Positions 40,311-54,504 are shown, counted from the stretch's first letter. The stretch: DNA of 64,000 nt from Tubiluchus corallicola (GCA_030141605.1 JAQGDQ010000103.1:1-64000), one strand, 5' to 3'. The notes: generated by a model from the letters alone, not told the origin. Numbers and translations: made by a program.

Positions 40311-43300
40311 GGAATAGTGGCCAGTGTCTTCACACTGCGTCACACTGCATCACAAACTGTAATGAAATACTAGGCAGTGCGGAAAATGCATCAAATTGTA
40401 TCACAATCATAACAGAATGCGACAAGGTGCAACACAATATGATAATACGGTACAAGATGACACAACACGACACGAAAGAGAAGAACACATCATGCATCGC
40501 TCCAAATCTTTCTAGCAAAAGAATAGTCGATTTTGTTTCAAAGGCTGAAAATTATATCGTTTTTGAGTTGAAATAACTGACATATAAGTCTGAAAGACTC
40601 AATGCAACTCGCATAACACCGTGCAAAAATACTAGAATTCAGAAGGCATTAAAATTCCTCTGCTTAATTTCCCCCGAAAATGCAATCATCTGTGGATAAT
40701 GTCCATCATTAGATCCCAATAAAAGCATCCCAAACGCATCGCTGACGTTACACTCTAATTACAGGATTCTTGTTTGCGCCAGAATTTAAAACGTTTAACA
40801 AACTGTAATTCCGCATTAAATGGAAGCCCTGCATAACAGATATGGTTGGCAGTTAGCAAGACATTGAATTATTCCACTAAGCAAATGCTGTTAATTACCA
40901 ACTGTATCATGTTACATTAGCTGCCTGACGAGAAATTTATCTGAATTTGATCATGCGTGTCATTAATTATTATATAGCTGGTTAATTTGTCGCTAGCGGT
41001 TAGTCAAGTAACTTTGGAAATAATAATTATTATTTCTGAAACGTTTGAGGAACAAAAAATGTAACTAGTTTTTTGTGAATAAAAAATAAATCATTTATTA
41101 TATCGTTGGGTAAAAATTATACGAAGACACTTCATCTTTGTTGAAAAAACGTTGATTTGTTTTTAGACTTAATGTGTTTACGGATAAAAGTAACAAAGGT
41201 TTTATTTACCAGTTACAATGCTAGAATAGTTAATTGCCTCCTTGATTGACATTTGATTTTAAAACATCAATAAATATGAGCTCAACTGGCTGTTTTGATC
41301 AAAATGCTTAATTTGAAAAGTTTTCAGTTCCACCACTTTTGCTTTCAGAACGAATGAATACGTTTTACAGCCTGGCTTTGAAACACACTGGCTCTATAGT
41401 TCCGAAGACGCATTCCATTCTAAAAGTCTTTAATGTTGTTTTTAAAGGACAAGAAAATGGAATTTTAAAGTTTGTTCACAAAAAGCTTGCCATACGAAGT
41501 TATATTACTTTTGCATTACGCTTATCTGTTTAAAATTCTTGTGCGATTAGAGAAGAAAATTTTTAAGTAATTTGAAATGTTCACACTTATGTGTAAAACA
41601 TCACTGACTCGCCTTCCAAGTTTTCACCACTGACTCGACAAGAACGTATTATTAATTTTACAGACAAGAAATTTTATAGTAAAGTAATTTATACTTTTGT
41701 TTAGTTAAAGAAGAATGTGTGATTAGATTGTGTAAACCTTTTCAAGCGATTTACCATTAAAATTGCCTCTTCTAACGGTCATCACGGGAGTTTAAATTTA
41801 AATATTTTGTGCAATATTACTGCTAACGCAAACCCTATATGTAATAAAGCAGCATGCAAGCGATACAAAATTTCAAGACGAATTTTTTAGCTTTATGTGT
41901 GTAAAGTATTTTTGTGCTTTAAAAAGACTTCACCGATTTTGGTTTATTTGCCCGCATTTGTTTAGTTTAAGTGAAAAGTTAATAAAGAAAAGACTGAGAA
42001 AGTCCATGAGCTTGATATCTGATGCATGTTTCAGTAATAGAAATTAGTTCAGTAAATGCTGCTAGGAACGCTTAAAGCGTTTGAAAATTAATCCTTCAAA
42101 GATCTCGGAAAAATAATTCCTCTTCAATTGCTAAATTCTGCATAGTAAATGGACAATTTCAGCCAAATAAACAAAGTTTAGCAATATTTCAGTTCACATA
42201 TTTAGCAATATGCGAAGGAAGTGGAAATAAATGACAGTGCTTCCCTTGCGGCGCCTGTAAGATCTGTTATTATTTTCCAGTTTAATTAGACCATTAAATT
42301 CCAAAAGTCAAACGTCTACAAACGGTTTTCTTCTCTTTGATTAGGTATCCGTAATGTTTATGTTTATATTGACTTTTAGCACGCACCAATGTGCCAATAA
42401 GTAAATCATGGCAATTACCGCTGCTATTATAGTCGCCTGGAAAATGAAGCCAAATCGCTGGGTCAGAACTGTGCTGGTTGAAGGGACACGAGGAAGAAAT
42501 ATGTAATGAAACCACTACGCGAAGCCATCGTGCACGTGGCCGGTAGTACTATAACAACATGCTGATTCCAATTCTTTAATTACCACATGTCTAAACAGAG
42601 CCTGTACTGTTTGTTGAAAGAAAATCAAAACAAATCTTACGGCAAAGTAGGAGGCGTCGCCATCGTGAGAGGAGGTGTCTGAAAATCTCTGGCAGCTGAG
42701 TCCAAGTCAGCTTGGGAAAGTAACTTACTTGTTTGTCATTCAGCTTTTATGTGACCGCCTCCGTCTCAGGTATTACTTTAGAAGTGCCATAAGAGGTGGT
42801 TCAGGTTGCCGCAAGTGAGGGAACCCTCTACATTGTCTTCCCTCGTTCGCTGGGTGCCATGATGTGAAGAAGAAGATGACGTTCCAATTGATTCCACACA
42901 AGAGTCTTTAAGAACATACAGCCACAGATCATGCCTTATGAAAAAGGCCTGTAGGAATCAATACCTCGTATCATAGACATGGCATAGGCAACAAACTTGT
43001 CTCACACTTAAGTGTCGTTGATGAATCTTGGACCTAGGTTTTTTGAAGTAAGGGGTCTACAAACAAGAAGATTCTCGTCGATACTGCCGACATTTTTGGG
43101 CGAGAAGCAACCCTACGAAAATGATTACTAATTAAGCTCTCACGCAACATAATTAATTATCTCTTTATTTCAGCTCGTAGACGTACACAGTCTCAAGCCA
43201 TAAAAAATATTGATAGAAAAAGATAAAATAAAATTACTTACAAGTTAAATATATTACTATATACTCCAGTATACTTAATCGAGTTAATTGAGTTATTACA

Positions 43301-43405
43301 TACTCGAACTAAGTAATTGTATATTTCTTCACTACACATAGTAGAAATACTGTGATCAGTAATAGTTACTGTGTTGTAATCCACTCAAAATAAATAAAGT
43401 ATGTA

Positions 43406-43741
43406 CAGTCGACCCTCGTTAAACCGGACCCCGTTAGCCCGGATATCGTGTAAGACGGACGACATCCGTGGTAAAGGAAACTGACCGATTTCCGTCCGAG
43501 CCCGAGCGCTAAACACAACACGACCTACCAACTGTACAATAATTTCTTTATCCTCACAGGTTAACTATTTTAAAGTAATATACAGTATAGTATATAGTGC
43601 ACAGTATATAGTGCAATGTATATAGGCCTTATTAAGGTGATTATGCCAGTATAATATAGACCATATATAGGCATATCGGATAAATCGGACAATCGGGTAA
43701 ACCGGACCCCCCAATTAGTCCGGTTTAACGAGGGTTGACTG
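43406..43741. mobile_element. Tc1/mariner (pogo/Tigger-like) MITE
   Basis: TIR CAGTCGACCCTCGTTAAACCGGAC / GTCCGGTTTAACGAGGGTTGACTG, TA flanks, followed by (TA)n. Confidence 0.9.
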
Positions 43742-45172
43742 TATATATATATATATATATATATATTAACAATACATAAACATTTTATTCCAGTGTGCAA
43801 AAATATCTGAGCATATAAAACATAAAACTGAAGAACAACGTTGGATTAAATATTTCTGACAGAATTTAAAATTCGACATCTAAAATTACAGGCACTTTTG
43901 TGCATAACTTCAAAAGGCATTAACTGAATTATACTATGTATATACAAACAAAAAATACACCAGATTAATGCAACAAACGTGGTTTATTCATTCATTTTCA
44001 TTGTGTAACTTTAAAATGATTGATATTGTTTTTTTACGCAGATTGTGGAGGCTCGAATTCTGTGTCTACATACTTAAGAATAGTGTACAGCTTCCAACTC
44101 ATGCGCTTGCTGATCCAAAGCACAAACGTTGAATGACGTGTTTGCGAAAGCAAAAATTGAAGTACGGTGTTACAGTACGACATTCAGTGTGATACACAAA
44201 AACTCGGCATATTTTAAGTTTCAAAATTTAAATTTCAAGTTTACTGCTGTGTTCACGCACGAGCTCTCGAATGCCTGCGCTACGTCACAACTGAACTGTG
44301 AGGTACAGTACCTGTTTTTTGGGCAACGCCTTTCCGAGATGTAGCTACATGTATTAGTACCCACCTATCTAGCGAATGGCGAAAATGTATGTAACAGCCA
44401 GGAACCAGTCGCGCGAACGCTCAATAACATTTCTGTAGTAATAATTCTTTCACGTAAGTCATTCTTGAGAAAATAGTATGTTCCCTTTCAATATTTTGCA
44501 GGGTAGGTTGTTTTGAGCTGTGGTTTAATTTGAGTCTGATCTTCCTTTAAGTACCAATGGTACTTTTAACCTTGGTTAAATTTGATAACTCCTGTTTACT
44601 GGTAGATTTTCCCAAGTTTACGACTGCTGGCTGTACTCACAGGTGCAGCAGCTAGCATATCATGTGTTCCCCTAAACATTCATAGAGTTCAGTTTCTCTT
44701 TACAAACTATTTTTGCAAAAGCTGCTCGCGTCAGACATGAAGGAAGAGATGGCAGTATCTGCATCTGTGTCAGTGCGTAATTAGTTTGCGTAAGTAGCTA
44801 CAAATCAGTTAGTTAACTTATGTCTGTTACGAGCCCCACTTTGAATCACTAATAACGAGCCCCGGCCCCCACCAATAATAGATTATTTCTCTCGTTACCG
44901 TGGCAGTCGAAGTAGTTATGTAGTCACAGTAACTAAAGTTAAGCAACACTGAATCAGGTGAATAAATGGATGTGTGACTTGCTGGAAAATTTATTATGAG
45001 ATGTTTTCCTAAATAATTTCACTAGTACTAACACTAACACTAACATTAAAATTAGTAAGTCTATTAATACTAATGAAAATACTAGCCTAGATCGTTTAAT
45101 TGTATGTTAATTTATGAATTCATCTACACGCATAATTATTCTGACAGCATATTAGGTACAGGGTACACCTAA

Positions 45173-45329
45173 TGGGCCCACTACAGAGTTTGAACTGGTC
45201 TGGGTCCACTACAGAGTTTGAACTGGTCTGGGTCCACTACAGAGTTTGTACCTGTTTGGGTCCACTACAGAGTTGGAACTGGTCTGGGTCTACTGTAGAG
45301 TTTGTACCTGTCTGGGCTGCACTACAGAG
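45173..45329 (+). repeat. 28-bp tandem repeat, ~5.5 copies
   Basis: GGGTCCACTACAGAGTTTGAACTGGTCT units. Confidence 0.9.
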
Positions 45330-48300
45330 GATAACTGACACTGGGGCATAAATATCAGGCTAGTGTCTATTTTGGGTATTAGACTGCGGCCTTTATCAGT
45401 ATTTTATAGTCATAAAATAAATGTCATACACATGCGCAACACACTTTTTTGCATTAACAACATTTAGCGTGAGAAATTCAACATATCAGCATCATAAACT
45501 AAAGTTTAATTTTTATCGTATTTTAATCTCTTTACATGTGGTGTATAGAACCCTAGTTGCTTACTGTGTAATAGCAGTATTTGGCGTGTGTCTGAGGAGT
45601 AAAATAAAATAAAGGACACGACAGGATAGGACTAATAAAGCATTTTTTTGAAATTTCCACCCGTGGAAGAAGCTAGACTGGTAAGACATGGCACCATTAC
45701 GTCAAACTCTGCTACTGTTTCGTGTTTTCACAGTGGCTCCAGTAATTTTCCGAGTTTAAGCGGCGGATTTAAGAGGAGAGGTTGAACATTAAAAGATTTT
45801 CTTTCTTAAGTCACATAAACACCTACATGGTTGAGAACACATGTTCACTACTGGAGGTCAAATACCATAAAACTCTGGCGATTATCACTAATATTTCGCA
45901 ATCGATATGCCGCGGGTATATTCAACATCCTATGATTTCAAGCTTGTTTTGTTAAATCTGTTAACTTATTACCATACTGATGTGATTTTCCATGCTGATA
46001 TCTTCATATGCTCTAAAATATTTGCTCATTGGAACGAAATATTAATGCACTCTTAACGTATATCATTTATGTAAGTATTTTTTAACTACGTTGTTTTTTA
46101 ATTTTTGTAAATTCATTAACAACTGTATTTTTATGGCTTAAGACGTATAATGTCTAGGAGCTCAAATAAATGATAATAAACAAATAAATAAATAAACAGA
46201 TAACAATACTTTAACTGTACGACAACAGACAAACTTAACTGTTCAGAAGGGAATTCAAGTGATATTATTGACCATATTGACAGTATAAAGTAATTTAAAC
46301 TTTTGCTTAGCAAAGAGTGTGCTATGAATGCTCTGATTATTTTTTCAATCTTTACGCAATGTTATCTAAACTTGTTTCAAACGACTCACCGTTAAAATGG
46401 TTGGACCTAACGGTCCTCGTAGGAGTTTAAATTTGCAAGTTTCATACAGTGTTTCATACAGCATGTCATTCATGCTGTTTTATTGCATACAGAGTTTGCA
46501 TAAGCAATAACGCTGTATGAAATTTGCAAATTTAAACTCCTACGAGGACGTTAGGTGCAACCGTTTTAACGGTGAGTCGTTTGAAACAAGTTTAGATAAC
46601 ATTGCTGTCTTATTGCATACAGAGTTTGCATTACCAGTAACGTTGTATGAAACTTGCAAATTTTGTCAAATAGCATGTAAATGCTATAAAAATCCTAGAC
46701 GAAGAGCGGTATTTTGTGCTTTACGAAGGCATTCTGCAATGCCATCAAAAGCAGACGATTTTTATGTTTTTTTAATGCCAGTAAACTTCTCGCGCTTAAT
46801 AAAATCCGTCAATGTCACGCATTGGCATTATTTTGTCAACTTTCGTATTCTTGTCATTACTTTGTCAACATGCGCGTTGTTTGACTTTAAATGATATAAT
46901 ACCTGCTGGTATATGTAATTATAAACGCTGACTGAAACAATAACCTGCCATTATTTTCCCATTAGGTATTTACAAACCCCAAACTAGACGATCGTTGTGC
47001 AGATAAGCTGTGAGTAACGAGTTAGTTTCTCTCATACGGAAGCCCTGGGCATTTACGATATCTTTCCACTTTCTGACATGTTTGCAGTCTTGCACACAGG
47101 CTGAGTTAGTATCTTGTCATCAGACTTGTCTAAATGTTTACTCTTAAATCCAAACAGTAGATTGCTTATACTCGGCAGTGAAAACGGGCGGATTTTACTC
47201 CTAAACTCTGCCTTACCGCTGTCGGTTAATTTATTATGATAGATATTTCAAACAACTTTTTAGCAGAATTTTATTTCAGAAACTATGCATAAACTAGACT
47301 GTGTTGAAATAATGCAAGCAAGCAGATGGTCTAGGAATTCAATACAAGAAACCTTTAAAATTAATGCTCTGCATAGAAATTGGAATCCAGAATGGTTTCC
47401 GTGATGTAAACAATGAGGATATTTTCTTAAAAACAGCATTAATGGACTACTAAATTAAATACTATGCATATGTAATCAAGAAAATAAATTATAGTAAATA
47501 CTAAACAGCGGTTTTCTTTGAACTTTAGATGCAAGATGTTCCTAAATTTACGGCTAATAAACGCTTAAGTGATGGAGTAATAATGATAAAAATGAGAAAA
47601 AGATTGTACATCCGATTGCAGCTGAAATCAAGACAAAGCAAAATACTGACAAAATACAACACAAGGGAATATAACAAATAAGCCTTCATCTATAAAGACA
47701 AACACAATCTTACATGGTTTTTATACTCCTGTTTGAGATATCAAATTTCATGGTTTGGAATGATGAAACTTTTCATTAGTGAGAATGGCGGGGAGAACAT
47801 GCCCATGTTAACATATTCGCTCCATATGAACGCCTGCCTCACGTGGAGAAGGAATGCTAATGTTTCCTTTAGCTTTCCTAAGCGATTTCTGATTGCCTAG
47901 TTCCTGATCTGATGCAGCAGCTTCCCAAAGTACATCAATACATGCACATTCGTTCTGTAGATTCATACAATCAAGAACAGTTTAGACTTTGAATAGATTA
48001 AACAGTTATTTCCCAAACAAAGGGCAGAAAATTGCCAAACAATACTTTAATATGTTATGTAATAAAATGATGCTGTGAAAGCTTGTATGCATGACTGAAT
48101 ATCCTATAGATTAGTGTAGGCTGCAGCCTAGGCCCTTCAAGTTTAGGGCCCTCAAGCTTTGGTAACATTTGGTAAAAAAATCTGTTTTTTTCACTACAGT
48201 TGTGTTGAAATACGTGCTAATTTGGTTTGTAATAAATAGTAAAATAGTGGTATTTCTTAAAGAATATTTTTATTGACAATCAACAGATAGCTATTGTAGT

Positions 48301-50741
48301 TTACTTAAAGAATTCACAGTAAGTTTATTCCAAGTTATGTAAATTTTGCTATAATATATCATCAGGAATTTTTTTTTCAAAACTGAGGTAGGCGAGTTAG
48401 AAGGTGAAACCATAATTTCATTAGCCTTGGGCCCCAAAAGCTCATAATCCGGCAATGCATGTACTACACCATTGAGTTACAAATTATGAATTTTAATTAA
48501 TAATTAAACAATGCCAACCACCAATACTAGATTATCTAATATGTTGGCTGTATATTAGGGCTACTTATACTCTGTTCAGCAGAAACTTCAGTGTTAGAAA
48601 ATAAATATGTTTATATAAAAAACTCTCTACAGAATTTATTTGCGCTTTACAACATAATAGTGCTGAAATGTGCAAATTATTATAAGAGAATAATTAATGT
48701 CTCAACTATAGCTAAAATGACTCAATGTGAAAGTAGCTAATACGAAAATAAACTTTGGCTAGAATTTGAAGTTTTCACTGTTTTGGTGTTTTGTAGCAAA
48801 ATTTGTTTGACCTTTACTGCCTTGTCAGACAGGTTTCATATTTTGCGTGGGACATCAGTAAATACTGAAGTACATCTAGAAGGCCTGCAAATTAATTGCG
48901 TAGCTTTTCCCTGTTGGAGAGATCTGATTAGTAAAAAGGAAAATTCTTAGTAACTTAAATAATTTGGTAGACGTTCCATGTAAGAGCATAACGAAATGTT
49001 GGAAAACTTCAAATGCGCTAACATACCATGTGGAACACTCATAGGAGCCTCATAAGGACTTTCTCTAAGAGCTTCACATACCCTCTCATCATCACTGCAC
49101 CACTACAAAATATGTCAAACCGCCAAATTTGCCATAACGCCAAACCCGTTATGTTAGTTAGACAGTCAGTTAGTCAGTGCGTCAGACAGTCAGTTAGTAT
49201 GTGCGTGCGCGCATGTGTTCACTGGTTATTCATGTGTTTGTTTGCGTACATTTTGATGCTTTCGAGTTGGTCAGTTAGTCAGTCAATCAAATAGTTAACC
49301 GGGTGAGTGAGTAATTATACTTAATTAGCTAATAAGTTTATGTATAACGTTGGTTTCTTCTGCATAATTATATTATATCAAAGATTGGTATGTTCACAAA
49401 GTTGAAATTTCTTCTATGTGTGAAATATAAATTTCCAGTTCATATTCAATATGTATGTTCGGTGTTTGAAATCTCAAATGGAAAATGTTTAATGAAAATG
49501 TTTGCTTTGGGCTTCTATCCAACAATTCCATAAGACTAACCAACCATAGTGCGATAAGAGCGGTAATTTTTTCCAATAACATGCAAAAGTAAGACTTTTG
49601 AATAGTTAAAAAAAGTACATTCTTTAAACATTTTTAAAAATTAATGTGCATGGAACTGATTGTATTATTATGCTAGCGTTTCATACAGTATCACCAGTCA
49701 TGTTAACTACTGTATTATTAGAATTATAATTACTATATCAGTTTACAGTTTACACCTTTTACAGTTTTAGTTTAATTGCACCAATGAAAACCTTGCCAAA
49801 TAACGAGTAAAAATATTTAGTTACAATTTATTTATAGATAATTTGTGCAATACTGTAGTTATTTCACAAGACATCGACGCCATTTTATATAGTAACAAAC
49901 TAGACACTAAATGATCTATATTTGTCTAGATATTTATTATGGCAAATCTCGCTATAATTACAATTATTGTATTGTGAATAATATCGGAAGGTGATCTAAA
50001 TCTAATATACTCTTGAGCTTTCTGATATTGTATACATTAAAATGCCTTCAAGTGGCATTATTTTACACTTTTAGTGCTCTGTATCATGTCAATTGTTTTA
50101 ATTTTCTACGCACACATTTATGTAAGGGAAGATATCACAGACAGATCGCTAACAACTAAAAGTTTTTGGGTGCACTCTACATTAGAAATTTAATGCACTG
50201 TATAACTAAAACAACCGTGTATGCTTTTTGCAGACTACAGGTCTTTAAAAATTCTTTTGCAAATCGATTTATAAACATGTGGAATACATTTCCTTCTGAT
50301 ATTGTTAATAGTCGTAAAGTTAAGACTTTAAATTTTGAATTGTTTAACAGTTTTGACCTAATTCAGTTAGTTTTATGAATTTTTTCAGTATTACCAGGCA
50401 AAATTTGTTTTTTCTTTTCTTTTGACACAGCTAGTTAAATCAGAAGTAAAAGTAATTGCAGAACTAAATGATATCCGAGCAAAATCAGCGAAATACTCGT
50501 ACTTGTAGTAAGTAGTAATGAATTTTTGTCTTTGGTACATGGGCGCAGGAAAAATATAGTGGGAATCCACTGCCTGATAGTGACGCCACGTAACGTTTGA
50601 AACATCTAAGGTTTTTGTAAGAAAAGAAGCAATATTATTATTTTCGTGAGTACCAAAGGGTCACAATGAGAAAAACTGATACCGTACGCACTGATTCGTG
50701 GTCACAGGAGTAATATATATCGAATTGTATGTTATGCATGA

Positions 50742-50831
50742 ACTATCCACGTATGAAATTTTTAATTCTGACTATCCGCGTATGAAATTTTAATTCTGAC
50801 TATCCACGTATGAAATTTTTAATTCTGACTG
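50742..50831 (+). repeat. ~29-bp tandem repeat, 3 copies
   Basis: ACTATCCACGTATGAAATTTTTAATTCTG units. Confidence 0.9.
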
Positions 50832-52756
50832 GACTGATAGTTGATAACAACATTGTTTGCCTATTGTTTGATTATGGAAGTCTGTTGGTCGTACTATTTG
50901 TTCAATTCTCCTCGAAGTCACACATCCAACTCCCCAATCTCTACAGCAAATGAGTTCAACTCTGCTTAACTTGGAAGCGTGAAATTACTTTCACGTTACA
51001 CTCCTCACATAAGTGGTGTCACCAAGCATTAGCTTCTTTCATGAGGAATATACTATCCTATTTTCTTTAACTATGAAACATACTCTCCATCGATGGGCAG
51101 AAATAGAAAAAAATCTATTCACTAATTTTGTTTTCATAATATATAGTTTTTACCCTAAATTACGTTTTAATTCTACGTAAGCCTCAGTTCAACTATTTAA
51201 CTGTTGGCTTCCATCTCTACTAAATTCTGTAATACTTGTGTGTAAACTGTGGTTGAGCAAGAATGGTCACCAAGTTAAGTTACTCCACACTTAATTTTTG
51301 GTATTAATAATCAGTATTTTTACCATTTACTCTCAATAGTCGGTGTTTCTTGAGCGGATGTCTTCTCTATTTCAGCAGCTATGTTATGTAATTTCCTGCG
51401 CATAATGTAATATGTCCAGATACGGCAATCCAGAGAATTATGTTTTTTTAAATAACAAATCTTCATCACTATCAATACTTTATTATCTTTATTATCGTCA
51501 GTGGTTATGATCGTGATGTAAACTGGTTGATTTCTTTATTGTTTTGTTCCAAGTATTCAGTGCTTCATACGTCAGTGTGGCTGTTTTTAGTTGATGTTTA
51601 GCTGACATTGTTCCGGCATTTAATTTTTTTAACATGCAAAAGTTTTTCGGTTGTAACTTAACTACTACAACTATAAACTTGAAACTTTACAACGAAAAGT
51701 TATTAATGTATTGTAGTATCGTGCAGTGAAATTTCAACTTTATAGGGCACTTGTTCCTATTACATGTATTATTGTAGACATAACTTCTATTACTACTAAT
51801 TTACTAAACTTTGGCACATTTTTCTGGGCCAGCCGATATAATAAGAAATATCGTTTCCATCCAACGTTTGCACTTGTTCTTCAGATATGTCTTTCGCACA
51901 AATCGCCTTAAACAAGGCCAGAGATCACCCATCCCTAAGAGGCTGCGATAACAAGGTAATGATATGAACAGGTATCGCGGAAAAACAGAATTTATAAAAT
52001 AATTTATCTTTTAATTTATCTCTCGGTGCTCTTTTCTTAAATCGACAGCCTTTTAAATTTTCAGGGAAACAATTTTTTGGTAGGAAATTCACAGAAAATA
52101 CGCGCCCTGTAAGTAAAGCAATTGTTGTAATTCTCACCGAAAAAATGCGTTGGCTTCCAAAACAAACTCTACAAGTAAATAGTAGTGATTAAAGCACAAG
52201 TAAACACGCTTCGTACATAAAGATTAAAATATTCGACCTGAAATTTTGCATCACTTACATGTTGTTTATTGCATACAGAGCTTGAGCTAGCAGTAATGCT
52301 ATATAAAAGTCCCACGATGACCGTTAGGCGCAGTCATTTTAACAGTAAGTCGTTTGAAACAAGTCTAGATATCACTGCTTAAAATTTGAAAAAATAATCA
52401 GAGCACTCGATGGACACCCATCGCTAACTAAGAAAAAGTAAAATTATTTTATATTGTCTGTAACATCAATAATGTGGTCTTTTAGTGAATCAGTGATGCA
52501 CACTGGGATGGCGATGCAGCGGTATTTTACCAGGTGGCGTAAATAATTTAAATTATTAAGAATTTTCTTTTCTAATCAAAAAGTCTTTTAAACAGGCAAG
52601 TATAACCCAAAGTAATATAAAATTGTGTAGGAAGTTTTTTTGGGACATATTTTGATATAGACGTTTCTTTCCCTTTAAAATACAATATTATTGTATTATT
52701 ATTGTAAATATGCAACAGTTTATTAATGTGATTTATTGTAAGTAAATGAAACTTAC

Positions 52757-52970
52757 ATGAACATCCCATCTCGTCGCTCCCATCACCACATTGTTCTGAT
52801 CCATCACAGTAAAGACTGTACCTGATGCACTTGCCATTTGTACAGGGATACGACCACCAGCGCCCCCCACCGGTACAGTCCTGGACCCTTGGGCGCCTCA
52901 TCTCCTCCCCCACACAGCGACACAGGTAGCAGTAAGCCAGAGCCACGCCCACCACGATCCTCAGGGTCAT
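52757..52970 (-). CDS. First coding exon (signal peptide + LDLa) of the CUB/LDLa membrane protein
   Basis: MTLRIVVGVALAYCYLCRCVG signal; CTNGKCIRYSLYCDGSEQCGDGSDEMGC LDLa; donor T|GTAAGT in phase 1 joins in frame to 27298 (2706 nt, 901 aa). Confidence 0.82.
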
Positions 52971-53350
52971 AGTCGTCTGTTTAATCACCTTACCACTTGA
53001 TCCACGTAGAAATACAGGGAAGAAAACGGCTCCCTCTCAGAAGCCATACTGTTACGGATCTGAGAAAATTAGCCGCCTGCTGCATACACGCTGCCTCGTT
53101 ATGCAATCCGGGCAAACTACTGACAGCGTCCCGTCCTTCCGGGTTTTAAGCACAGTAATTAGCCACATGTGCCGCCTGGCGCCCGGGGGAAAAACACGTA
53201 AAACAACCAACGCGAGATGTTCTTGGTTGAAATTTAGAGCAGCAGCAGCAGCTTCAAAGTGCGTTTAACAACTAAACAGTCAGAGCGAAACTGGAACAAA
53301 TAGAGTTTAGAACTTGAGATTTCTCAACAAGTGCTGCGCAGTTGCTTCTG
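52971..53350 (-). promoter_or_regulatory. Probable 5'UTR/promoter of the CUB/LDLa gene
   Basis: Locally GC- and CpG-richer, repeat-free sequence immediately upstream of the ATG; the TSS cannot be located. Confidence 0.4.
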
Positions 53351-53565
53351 CTGAAGGTGGTTGAGTAGGCATTGATGAGGATTTATGTGGTTTTTAAACT
53401 TCGCTGTGTATGTGTCACCTTTGAAATAATGGTTTTTCATATTCTTTGCTATGAAATGCAAAGCCGTTTATGGAAATGATGCTAAAAAGAAAAGATAAAA
53501 TATATTTGCGCATTGTTGATATATAAGTAACATGCTTTTTACAAGTTATATCGCTATTTCGTCAG

Positions 53566-53711
53566 TGCATCGTCATCGTCATCATCATCATCATCATCAT
53601 CACCTTCATCCTCCTCATCATCAATATCATCGTCATTGTCATCATCATCGTCATCGCCAACATCGTCATGATCATCGTCATTATCATCATCTTATCATTA
53701 TCGTCATCATC
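53566..53711 (+). repeat. (CAT/CGT)n trinucleotide tract
   Basis: Direct reading. Confidence 0.9.
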
Positions 53712-54504
53712 TCTGTAGTAAATTCAATTATTTTTGAATTTGTATACTGCCGCCCGGACGCGGGTTTTTCGATGGACAACGTTTTCAGAGATGGCTGCTA
53801 CAGTTTAGAAGCCGTTTGACGCAGAGTAAAGTTAATTTGCGAAAATGATTACAGATGGCACCACATTGACATTAGCTTAAGCCTAGCAAACTTGTACTCA
53901 TTATGCCAAGGCATAGACAAGGACAATACGACGTAAATTAGTAAAGCAATTAATATTTCTATAATTTTGCAGAAAGTCTTTTGTCAGAGGTCATTGAGTC
54001 AGTGCAGCTACTGAATTTGGAATTACAGTAAATTCTGTTTACTTTTTATATAGTGAAATTCTACTGCCGTACGTTTTCATTAGTGACTTGCAATTGAAAG
54101 TACTAGTGCTTGAAAGTAGCAAAAGAAAATATGCGACATCTACAGTGTAGTACCAAACTGCTTAATCAAATATTTTGCGCAACGTTTTGCTAACGGTCGT
54201 TTTTGTAAAGCAAATGAGTGATTATAATGGCGACTGAGGTTAAGTAACGCCGAGCCTGGTTTGTAAATAGATGGTACGAGAATCGCCGGAAGAATAACCT
54301 CTTAGACTAGAGGGTTTCGTCACAATACCTCCCAGCTACTTATCCCGCTGAGATTGACGCATGCGCGCACACATATTGTTGTTTGTTCTGCGTTTCACAT
54401 TAGAGAGTTATTTTCGATAATGACTTCTGTCCAACAAGCAGCAGATTCTGATTGAGAGTGTTAGGTCCCAGATTACAGAGTGCTATCTAAAACACCACAG
54501 CGTC

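Noticed and set aside
42300-43100. Possible decayed transposase fragments (also ~47000-47950, BED-finger-like)
   Set aside because: Too many stops and no convincing motif by eye; would need tBLASTn or an HMM search.
45173-45329. CRISPR-like regular repeats (also 57050-57590 and 8060-9082)
   Set aside because: Head-to-tail units without unique spacers, eukaryotic context, no cas genes.
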